Shown piece by piece: positions 23,197 to 31,156 of a stretch of DNA of 44,018 bases. The notes beneath the pieces were generated by a model. It was not told the DNA's origin, made no database searches, and saw nothing but the letters and a program-made list of their open reading frames with translations. How positions within the stretch are numbered: position 1 is the stretch's first letter; every line of letters starts with the position of its first letter. This DNA comes from Escherichia phage vB_EcoP_B. The DNA lies in the sequence record NC_047806.1; one strand, written 5' to 3'. A program made the position numbers and the translations under genes.

Positions 23197-25632
23197 TTAA
23201 CTGGTTTTATTAGTGGCATACATCTCCTCTAACTTGTCTAAACGATAACGAGTATAAGCAGCCTCCAAGATTAAGATTTCACTATATCTAACACCAAACT
23301 GACCTTCTTCGAAGGAGACAATGCCGAAGTCGATTGCATCTAACCCTTCGGATGCAAAAGCAGCTACAATGTCTTGTGCCAATACACCAAAGTGAGTGTG
23401 ATGCACACCACTAGACATCTCTCCAATCAACTTGTACTGCTTGAAGGCAACCTTGCCCCATGCCTTTAGTACACCCTCATCAATACCTTGTGATCCATAC
23501 TTATGAGTGGCATCAGACGTAATAATAGGGTCACTTGTAAGATGGATAGTAGTGAATCTATTACGAGGGCCGCCAGCAGGATACACGTTATCATTGTATG
23601 GCATGATAGCCCCGCTTTGGAACAAGTGCTCATTGGCATTATATACTGCGCGTCTAGAAGTACTAGAACCTGCTCCATGTAAGGTAATTTGCGCACCGGT
23701 ATCTGCTGCTGTACCCTCTCCACCAGAGATGATGACACGTTGGGCAGTTGGGTTATCCGTTGGTATAGTCTTACCAATGAACCCATATTCACCTTCCATC
23801 AGCATCTCTGAGCGAATATTAGCACTTGTACTTGCCTTCAGGGTAAGGTGTTCGACAGTCATATCTGCGGCAACTACCTCTCCTGATAAGTGAAGTGGAG
23901 CAGGAATAGTACGAATACCATCAGTACCCATGAAGGTAGGTATAGCCTGACCCGGAGTTGCACCATATGTAAACTTACGAGATACACGATTGTCATTTGC
24001 AATCTGCATCTTATAGCAGTATATATCAGTGGGGTGTCCATGACCTTTAAATGGGTCTTTATCTTTGTTGTCACCATAAGTCATTGGGTTGAAATGGTTT
24101 TCTCCACCAAAGATATAGTAAATGTAGCTGTCTTTAACTACTACCGAACCTACACCTACACTAGAGTTCACAATGTCACCCTGATAGATTTGGTCTGTGA
24201 TGTTAACCCATTCAATGTCATCTGCATTCCACTTGTTTACATTCAATCGTGCATAGAAGGTACGAGGATAAGATGCCTTGTAACGATCATCGGGTGCACC
24301 TGCTTCCCATTCATTTTCTGCACGTTCTGAACCAAACATAATAAGGTCATCTCCTACTTTAGCAAAAGGTAAGGTAGTATGATGAACATTATGTGGAAAT
24401 CTTAGTGACTCCCAAGTTTGACCTATATCTCTACTACGATGCAGAGAGCTTCCTAGTCGATCGCCACGAGTACCACGAGTGATAAGGTACAATACACCGT
24501 CATAGTACTTGATGCATGGCTCTGCCGCATCTGGTTCATACTCAGATGGTATCTGACGACGAACATAATTAGATGGGCTATTGAAAGCATCAGGGAAGTA
24601 GAAAAGCCCAACTTCTCGTGGAGCTACATCACCTTGATGATAGCCCATAACAAAGCCATTGTTATCAATAGTAGCAAAGCTATGCACCTCTGTGACACGA
24701 GTGATTAGACCAAGATCTGTCTTACGCCAAGGAGATTTATGGAAAGAAGTACCCATGTGCCAACTCTTTCCAGCGTTATTCAAATCTGAAGTCTGCTGGT
24801 TAGGTGTAAGAACCGTGAAGTTGTCCTTATCTATTACTGTTGCAACCTTCATATCACCAGATACACCTGTTACCGCAGAGTTAGAGAAGTTAACAAAATC
24901 ACCAACGAAGAGTCCGTGATCAGGTACATGGATTGTTGCATATCTCTGATTTGCAGCCTTAGTGATACCACCAGTAAGATGCAGACTACGAGACATAGGG
25001 CGATCCCACAATGCACAATTGGTTAGTGCGTTCTTGGCTAAAGTACGTGTTTCAATCATGGCAAACAGACGGTTGCGACATACACCCATACTCATACAAT
25101 GATAGTTCACTGTAGGGTAATCTGGATGCAGATCAGTTAACCACTCTGGAGTAGACCATGTTTGACCATCGTCACCAGACTTAACCCATGATACATGCAG
25201 ACGACTAACACCATGACGGTCGCTACCCATGTAAGGTGCATATATCACGTTCTCATATACAAACGCTTTGTCTTGAGGCCAAGCATTGTAATAAGGGTTA
25301 TCCGTGATTTTATAGAGTTCACCATTGATAAAACCTTTACTCACATAGTAAAGAGGTTGACCTGCTAAACGTTCCCATACGAAGCGGGTGTTATAGAATC
25401 GCTCCATATCAGGTAAAGATGATACTTTGTAAGTAGCACCAGCACCGTCAATTCTCTTACCTGAAGCCATCGCTGCATTTACTGCATCTTGGTCGTTTGT
25501 CTTACCATCACCTTTGGCTCCAAAATCTTTAAGCGATACAACCTCGGTGAGCTTGTCATCCAAGTTACGCCAGATTGCACCTGCTATTTTACTCTTGAAT
25601 TTAACTAATGAAGAACCTAGTCTTTGAATCAT
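23197..25632 (-). CDS. tailspike with endosialidase (endo-N-acetylneuraminidase) catalytic domain, 811 aa
   Basis: ORF track; two sialidase Asp-boxes SGDDGQTW and SRDIGQTW; C-terminal chaperone-like segment; AAAGGAGG SD; last structural gene before genome end as in K1E/K1-5-type phages (from memory). Confidence 0.8.
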   Translation of the reverse strand: MIQRLGSSLVKFKSKIAGAIWRNLDDKLTEVVSLKDFGAKGDGKTNDQDAVNAAMASGKRIDGAGATYKVSSLPDMERFYNTRFVWERLAGQPLYYVSKGFINGELYKITDNPYYNAWPQDKAFVYENVIYAPYMGSDRHGVSRLHVSWVKSGDDGQTWSTPEWLTDLHPDYPTVNYHCMSMGVCRNRLFAMIETRTLAKNALTNCALWDRPMSRSLHLTGGITKAANQRYATIHVPDHGLFVGDFVNFSNSAVTGVSGDMKVATVIDKDNFTVLTPNQQTSDLNNAGKSWHMGTSFHKSPWRKTDLGLITRVTEVHSFATIDNNGFVMGYHQGDVAPREVGLFYFPDAFNSPSNYVRRQIPSEYEPDAAEPCIKYYDGVLYLITRGTRGDRLGSSLHRSRDIGQTWESLRFPHNVHHTTLPFAKVGDDLIMFGSERAENEWEAGAPDDRYKASYPRTFYARLNVNKWNADDIEWVNITDQIYQGDIVNSSVGVGSVVVKDSYIYYIFGGENHFNPMTYGDNKDKDPFKGHGHPTDIYCYKMQIANDNRVSRKFTYGATPGQAIPTFMGTDGIRTIPAPLHLSGEVVAADMTVEHLTLKASTSANIRSEMLMEGEYGFIGKTIPTDNPTAQRVIISGGEGTAADTGAQITLHGAGSSTSRRAVYNANEHLFQSGAIMPYNDNVYPAGGPRNRFTTIHLTSDPIITSDATHKYGSQGIDEGVLKAWGKVAFKQYKLIGEMSSGVHHTHFGVLAQDIVAAFASEGLDAIDFGIVSFEEGQFGVRYSEILILEAAYTRYRLDKLEEMYATNKTS

Positions 25633-25699
25633 GTAACCTCCTTTTCTGAAAGGCTACCATCATGATAACCTTTAAGAAAAGTTGCGCGAAAAGCAGTGC

Positions 25700-26035
25700 T
25701 TACGCACTGACAATGTGTTTACCTAGAATGTAAACATCTACATCTATGTCTATTTCAACTTGTGCTGTATGGAATACATGTACTTCTAATCTAGTATCTG
25801 ACACTTTAGTAATCCAAGCTGTACAAAGTGTAGGTGTACTTAATGATACAAGTGATGCCCACGAAGAATCTAAATCTCCTGTTGCAGGTACTTCTATCTC
25901 AATTTTAGTATCTTCACTTGGAACTACACCTTCAAATGTAACACGCCTTTTAGATAGTAAATTATCCAATAATGTAGCTAGTACAGTATCTCTATGTAGT
26001 AAGCCAGTTGTCTTGGGTTTAGTTAACTTAGCCAT
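25700..26035 (-). CDS. short ORF upstream of tailspike (111 aa); possible remnant or adaptor of a second tail protein
   Basis: ORF track 25700..26095 trimmed to ATG 26033-26035 with AGGAG SD; phage promoter 26117-26137 directly upstream. Confidence 0.5.
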   Translation of the reverse strand: MAKLTKPKTTGLLHRDTVLATLLDNLLSKRRVTFEGVVPSEDTKIEIEVPATGDLDSSWASLVSLSTPTLCTAWITKVSDTRLEVHVFHTAQVEIDIDVDVYILGKHIVSA

Positions 26036-26116
26036 ATACTCTCCTATTACTTCCCAACCCTCCCTATGAAGATTGGCTAGTAATAGGCCGCTCAAAAGAA
26101 CGGCACTATCTTATCT

Positions 26117-26137
26117 CTTCTATAGTGTCCAGTAAAT
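26117..26137 (-). promoter_or_regulatory. phage RNAP promoter (upstream of tailspike operon)
   Basis: ATTTACTGGACACTATAGAAG. Confidence 0.7.
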
Positions 26138-26166
26138 CGTAAGACACTGATACATAAAACTATGTA

Positions 26167-26364
26167 TTAATTATACCCGCGTTCTAGCGAGAGAATGTAC
26201 ATACCTAATTTTGTAGCGTCAGGCTTACTGAAGCAGACTTTATCGTCCACCTCGTAGACTGCCGTAAGCGTCGGCTTCAGAGGCTTCACCTTTGGATTCT
26301 CTGGTAACGCCGTCTGACACCCTGAAGTGATCAGCGAACCAATCAGCAGGATTGTCGCTAGCAT
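26167..26364 (-). CDS. outer-membrane lipoprotein, o-spanin (Rz1-like), 65 aa
   Basis: ORF track 26167..26427 trimmed to ATG 26362-26364 with GTGAGG SD; signal peptide plus lipobox LITSGC, Pro-rich mature part. Confidence 0.55.
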   Translation of the reverse strand: MLATILLIGSLITSGCQTALPENPKVKPLKPTLTAVYEVDDKVCFSKPDATKLGMYILSLERGYN

Positions 26365-26711
26365 GATTCGCCTCACTTTGTGCCTCCTTCTCTTCCTTCT
26401 TCTTCTTAGCGGCAAGCAGCAGGCCAATAAGACCTGCTACCACCTCTAGCACCTTATTCACAGGTGATTACTTGGCATACCACGTCAGTGACGGAACCTT
26501 CAGTACCTTCACCTAGGTCTACGCCAAGACCTACAGAAACAAGAGCAATCACCAGTGCAACCAGTGCACCTACCACTTTCTTAGACTTAAACAGCTTTTT
26601 CATTACATCTCCCTTTCCATTGAGCTAATAAGTCCGAGTAGTTCTTCCAGTCATCATAGTTGCCACCCTCGGCAGCTTGAGCAACCATGCGCTCGCACCA
26701 TTCAATACATC

Positions 26712-27056
26712 TTACCATCGTGCACATCCCTCTCTTACATCAATGTGGGTGAAATTAGGATAAGACCCAATGCCATATTTATTGGGGTAGCGTGCTGTTA
26801 GATAGGACCATACACGGTAAGGTGTAATACCTTGTACCTTAATGTCAGCAGCCTTACCAGTAAGATGCATGGAGTTCTTAGCACCTCCCACATTAGCATT
26901 GTGCTTAGCACAGCGGTGTCCAGAAGTAATAACTACAGGAGCACCAAAGTGCTCACGTACATCTGTGACTACCTGTAGTAACTCAGCATCTACTGTGGAT
27001 GTACCGCACCCACAACGGCAAGCGAACTCACGGCGCTTGAAGTGTTTGTTAAGCAT
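26712..27056 (-). CDS. endolysin, peptidase M15-type (115 aa)
   Basis: ORF track 26712..27125 trimmed to ATG 27054-27056 with GAGG SD; zinc-peptidase signature SMHLTGKAADI (SxHxxGxAxD) and downstream FTHID. Confidence 0.7.
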   Translation of the reverse strand: MLNKHFKRREFACRCGCGTSTVDAELLQVVTDVREHFGAPVVITSGHRCAKHNANVGGAKNSMHLTGKAADIKVQGITPYRVWSYLTARYPNKYGIGSYPNFTHIDVREGCARW

Positions 27057-27076
27057 TATTGACCTCGTCTTTACAA

Positions 27077-27364
27077 TTAAGCCGCAGGTGTTACAGGGTC
27101 CGACTCCATAGTAGTTGCATCCCACTTGTCGGTGGGTTCACTCCCACGTGCAATAGCGATGTACAAGGATTGGTCTGTTTTCTCTACAGCAACCATGGCA
27201 CCTTTCTGTTTACCAGAGAGGTGTTTAATGTTGATAGGATGATCTTTCTTCTTAAGGTCTGCTTCAGCAACAATAGGCAAAGGGATTGCCGTTGCAGTGG
27301 TTTGTACAGTTTTTACTCGAAAAGCCTGACCAGTAACAGTACCTGCGGTTCCATATTTAGACAT
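27077..27364 (-). CDS. small protein, paralog B (95 aa)
   Basis: ORF track; strong SD AAGAGGAG; shares SGKQKGAMV...IAIA...TPA with neighbour. Confidence 0.5.
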   Translation of the reverse strand: MSKYGTAGTVTGQAFRVKTVQTTATAIPLPIVAEADLKKKDHPINIKHLSGKQKGAMVAVEKTDQSLYIAIARGSEPTDKWDATTMESDPVTPAA

Positions 27365-27376
27365 GTAACTCTCCTC

Positions 27377-27655
27377 TTAAGCTGGGGTAATAGTAGTGAC
27401 CGCTTTATTAGCTGTCAACCAATTGGAATCTTCTTTGCCATCAACTGCGATAGCAATAACCAGGTTATCATGTGTATCAAGACACACCATGGCCCCTTTC
27501 TGCTTACCTGATTTGGTGGCATCATTAATAACATCACCTTTCTTCTCAACAGTGTCCTCGTAAACTACAGGAAGCATCAGGGCTTCACTAACAGGTTGTA
27601 TCTGCTTACGAGCAGACTTACCTGTAAGGGGTTGTGTACTATAACTATTAGACAT
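27377..27655 (-). CDS. small protein, paralog A (about 92 aa)
   Basis: ORF track 27377..27715 trimmed to ATG 27653-27655 with AGGAGAG SD. Confidence 0.5.
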   Translation of the reverse strand: MSNSYSTQPLTGKSARKQIQPVSEALMLPVVYEDTVEKKGDVINDATKSGKQKGAMVCLDTHDNLVIAIAVDGKEDSNWLTANKAVTTITPA

Positions 27656-27788
27656 TCTCTCTCCTATTATGTAAGTATAGTAAGGAAGTAAGGAATAGGG
27701 TGTACAGGAGTACACCCATACTAAGGAATACCTATATAACCTAGGTTAACCTATATTATCCTTGTTATTCTCTTATTATCTGGGCCTT

Positions 27789-27810
27789 CCTTCTATAGTG
27801 TCCGGTAATT
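27789..27810 (-). promoter_or_regulatory. phage RNAP promoter (overlaps terminase stop)
   Basis: AATTACCGGACACTATAGAAGG. Confidence 0.65.
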
Positions 27811-29707
27811 AATAAGTCCTTGAAATCCTTGCAGAAAGTGTATTTCTGCTTGCCGATTTACTCCTGTAATTCTGACCGTATACTCTTTGCTGCATAGCCA
27901 CGGAAGTGTTGGTTACTCTTCGCTCAGTGCCATAATCTCCATAGAGCATTGCCCTACGGAGGTGAGGTGTGTTCATAGCATGGATGTAATCGCGCATCTC
28001 CTGCGCTCTGAGGCGATTAATCCGTGTAACCTCGTCATAGTCTATCTGAGAAGTTAATTGCCGTATAGCGCCATACAGAGCGTCTAAGCGGTCATCGTGT
28101 CGTAGGCTGTTCTTCTCAATCGTGATGTTCGACATTTGATTGAAAAGGCTGTATGACATGCGTAGTTCAAGCGGATAGTGCTGTACCGACTCAAAATCAG
28201 ACTTGACCATCTCTGCGTTGAAGATGAGCCTGTGGGCCGCCATTAGTGGCTCTAGTGTTTCAATGATACGCAACTCTTTCTGTCCGGTGGCGTAATCTTC
28301 CTCCAGAGTCACAGGCCACTCTCGTTCAAAGTATGGCTTTATAACGGCCTCAAACGCGCCATGACCAAAGTTCTTTTCAATGAATACCTCTTTAACACCT
28401 GCCTGCTTTGCGGCCTGCACAATGCGATTCAGGGACGATTCGCGGTATCCTCCCGGAACACCAAAGCACTGATACACATAAATGAATGTGCCGTGCAGGA
28501 AGACGATAGACACACCCGTTTCATCCCCGTTCTTACCGCCACCTGCGGGGTCAATATACATAATCTTTCGGGTAACAGCACCCCACTCATAAGGTCGGGC
28601 CACAGGGCGATACATAAAGTCTGTAGGCTTATTGCCATACTTCGGTGCATCGCCAATGATGTTAATAGAGTCGTTGCTCCATGTAGGCATCACAGGGACT
28701 TCCTCTGTACCGAATGAAGTGAAGATGAGGTTGTTCAGGCGTAGTGGATAGCGGTCAGCATCCATCATGCGAGTGTTAAGCATAAACTGAAGCTGGAACT
28801 TAGCCGCACCCTGCGAGATTTCCTTCTCGATCAGCACATCATCATCATACATTTCAGGTGCACAAGGTGCACCACTATTGCCATCCAAGCCATACCCTGA
28901 GCGAAGTGCTGGGTTGTCCTTCATATCCTGCACAATCATAGGTGCAAGGAAGTCACCATAGCATTGCTCCTGCTCCACTGAGGGATAACGTGCAGTCCAG
29001 ATACGAACAGAGTAACCACGAGCAGGTAGGTTATTGTAGATAGAGTTTACGTTCTGAGGAGTACCAAGGTAGATAATATCACCAAACTGGTTAATAGATT
29101 CAAACTCCTTGGTCAGTTCCTCAAGCAAGGCACGTCCTGCCGCTGTACGAGCATTCTGCATTGACTCAACGTCATCTGCTAGGATGATATCTGCACGCGC
29201 ACCCTGCATACCTGCTTCGATTGAGTAACAAGACACAGAAGGCGACTTGTCACTGCCACGTAGGGTGTAATGAATCTCAAATGCCTTAACTGAGGCACGG
29301 TCCCCTGCGTAGATGTCCGGTAGCATAAACTCAAGAAAGTCTAGGCCACGGAAGATTTTAACTACCCAACCTGCGATTTCCTCTGCTCGCTTGGCGTTTT
29401 GGGATACTACCATGATACGCTTATGGGGTTCATGGATGATACGGAAAACAGTATAGATTGCTGATAGTGTAGTTTTAGCGATACCACGGGGCGCTTCGAT
29501 GAGGCGATATTTATGTCCATAGAATAGAAACTTTAAAATATCGGCCTGCATACGAATCAGATGAGGGTTGCCTGCAATCAAGTTATGGATAACTGTATCT
29601 GCAAAGAGAAGCAAACCTTCCGCCGTATACTGAAAAGTCTGCTGTAACTCCTGTAGCATCTCCCATCTGGCAAGAGCCTCCGCTTGTGATTCTCTTGCCT
29701 TAGCCAT
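27809..29707 (-). CDS. terminase large subunit (gp19-like), about 632 aa
   Basis: ORF track 27809..29710 (TTG) trimmed to ATG with CTAAGGAGG SD; Walker A-like PRGIAKTT; size and position. Confidence 0.8.
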   Translation of the reverse strand: MAKARESQAEALARWEMLQELQQTFQYTAEGLLLFADTVIHNLIAGNPHLIRMQADILKFLFYGHKYRLIEAPRGIAKTTLSAIYTVFRIIHEPHKRIMVVSQNAKRAEEIAGWVVKIFRGLDFLEFMLPDIYAGDRASVKAFEIHYTLRGSDKSPSVSCYSIEAGMQGARADIILADDVESMQNARTAAGRALLEELTKEFESINQFGDIIYLGTPQNVNSIYNNLPARGYSVRIWTARYPSVEQEQCYGDFLAPMIVQDMKDNPALRSGYGLDGNSGAPCAPEMYDDDVLIEKEISQGAAKFQLQFMLNTRMMDADRYPLRLNNLIFTSFGTEEVPVMPTWSNDSINIIGDAPKYGNKPTDFMYRPVARPYEWGAVTRKIMYIDPAGGGKNGDETGVSIVFLHGTFIYVYQCFGVPGGYRESSLNRIVQAAKQAGVKEVFIEKNFGHGAFEAVIKPYFEREWPVTLEEDYATGQKELRIIETLEPLMAAHRLIFNAEMVKSDFESVQHYPLELRMSYSLFNQMSNITIEKNSLRHDDRLDALYGAIRQLTSQIDYDEVTRINRLRAQEMRDYIHAMNTPHLRRAMLYGDYGTERRVTNTSVAMQQRVYGQNYRSKSASRNTLSARISRTY

Positions 29708-30006
29708 CAATCCTCCTTAGTGAATTGGATGATCTTGCCACTTGATGCCTCTCGGATAGCCTTGAGGCGCTTAGATAGCTTGGACTCCTCCTGCTGTGCA
29801 GCGGGTGTAGCGGTAATACCATTATCAAGAACCCACTTACACATAGCTCCAATGTCTTTACCAGAGACTAAATGCAGTGCTGCATCTGGGTCTTCTTCTA
29901 TAGTGTCCAGTATTGCCTGTGCTTTCTTATTAAAGATTTTGGTAATAGCACCATGTAGAATGCCAACCTCGTCTTCCGTAGCTGCATGTTTATTGTGTAC
30001 GCTCAT
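29707..30006 (-). CDS. terminase small subunit (gp18-like), about 99 aa
   Basis: ORF track 29707..30051 trimmed to ATG 30004-30006 with GGAGGAGG SD; position between holin and large terminase. Confidence 0.55.
   Translation of the reverse strand: MSVHNKHAATEDEVGILHGAITKIFNKKAQAILDTIEEDPDAALHLVSGKDIGAMCKWVLDNGITATPAAQQEESKLSKRLKAIREASSGKIIQFTKED
29895..29915 (-). promoter_or_regulatory. phage RNAP promoter-like sequence inside small terminase gene
   Basis: CAATACTGGACACTATAGAAG (5' end diverged). Confidence 0.45.
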
Positions 30007-30184
30007 GGCTCCTCCTCCATAGTTTAATCTTGGTATAAAACCAGTCTCCAATTTGCAACACGGTATAAATGAATGTTGCTATTAACACCCAATTATCCCA
30101 ACTGATACCGAGGAAGTACCCACCTGATACTAATGCAGGTGGCGCCAGCTTCACACCACTATCTACCAGTTCGGAGTTAATCAT
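29990..30184 (-). CDS. holin (T7 gp17.5-like class II), 64 aa
   Basis: ORF track; strong SD AAGGAGGTG; hydrophobic core IATFIYTVLQIG parallels T7 holin ...AIAYTVVQIG... (from memory). Confidence 0.6.
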   Translation of the reverse strand: MINSELVDSGVKLAPPALVSGGYFLGISWDNWVLIATFIYTVLQIGDWFYTKIKLWRRSHERTQ

Positions 30185-30193
30185 TGCACCTCC

Positions 30194-31156
30194 TTACACT
30201 AGTTGTAACTTCATACTTACGACACACTCAGGCAATGGCTCACTGAAAGTGATAGTAGAGCCTACGATTTCATAAGTATTATTAGGTTGATACAGTCCAT
30301 CCAAATATACATCAAGACGTTGGAAAGCCGTTACAATGTCGATAGATTGTGTACCTTCACTCACTGCTTGTGTAAAGAGGATAGTATCCGCACTTGTAGG
30401 TGGGGTTAAGCGACTACCGATAAGCACATAAACTTCATCTCCAGCCTGTAATGGCTCGGACAGGGTTATAACATCATACCCCACTGATACTGCACCTGCT
30501 AGCTCATGCTGGAATACACCGTTTATAAACACCATAGCATCATCAAATGAGTAAGGTGGTCGAATGATTTGCTCTCCACCGGAGGCGACCATATACCAAG
30601 GAATAGTGCGATGAGATACACCAGACACCATTCCTCTCTTAATACCAGCAATCTCTATATCTTGTGCAGAGTTCCAATCAGTATGCTTCTTGTCGATAGC
30701 ATCTAGCTGTGATTTATTTACTGCATCTTTTGGATTCTCACCATCAGCTAGGTCAGTAATCTTATTGCCGCCCCAGCTTACATTCTGCTTAATGAAGTAC
30801 CCTTCTGGATAAAACCCATCAAGTAACTCCTGTGTAATCTCCAGTATATGAATGAAAGAACCATTTAAAGACTTCATATCCAAGGTAACACCACGGTCAA
30901 ACTCAGCGTATGGATATTCTTTTTGTACTTCCCTTCGAATACGGAACTTCAAACCTGCAACGGGTGCTACATCAAAAGTGATTTGATGCGTACCAGTTAA
31001 TTGCCAGCCAGATGTAATCTCAATCCAAGTGTTACCTTGAAGAGATTCCACTATCACATCTGAGGCACGAAGATAGCCTTTATCCCTGCCAGCAAAGCTA
31101 AAGGGATAGGTTACTTGCGTACCGTTGGCTATATGTTCTGTGAAAGTATAACTCAT
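30194..31156 (-). CDS. tail-fibre-like adaptor protein, about 320 aa
   Basis: ORF track 30194..31159 (TTG) trimmed to ATG with GGAGGA SD; N-terminus resembles tail-attachment domain of T7 gp17; no receptor-binding-sized C-terminus. Confidence 0.6.
   Translation of the reverse strand: MSYTFTEHIANGTQVTYPFSFAGRDKGYLRASDVIVESLQGNTWIEITSGWQLTGTHQITFDVAPVAGLKFRIRREVQKEYPYAEFDRGVTLDMKSLNGSFIHILEITQELLDGFYPEGYFIKQNVSWGGNKITDLADGENPKDAVNKSQLDAIDKKHTDWNSAQDIEIAGIKRGMVSGVSHRTIPWYMVASGGEQIIRPPYSFDDAMVFINGVFQHELAGAVSVGYDVITLSEPLQAGDEVYVLIGSRLTPPTSADTILFTQAVSEGTQSIDIVTAFQRLDVYLDGLYQPNNTYEIVGSTITFSEPLPECVVSMKLQLV

Noticed and set aside
26240-26461. 73-aa ORF as i-spanin
   Set aside because: Starts with GTG without an SD, contains no in-frame ATG, has a hydrophobic stretch too short for a clear TM helix and no coiled-coil-like periplasmic part; kept only as part of the lysis-region anomaly.
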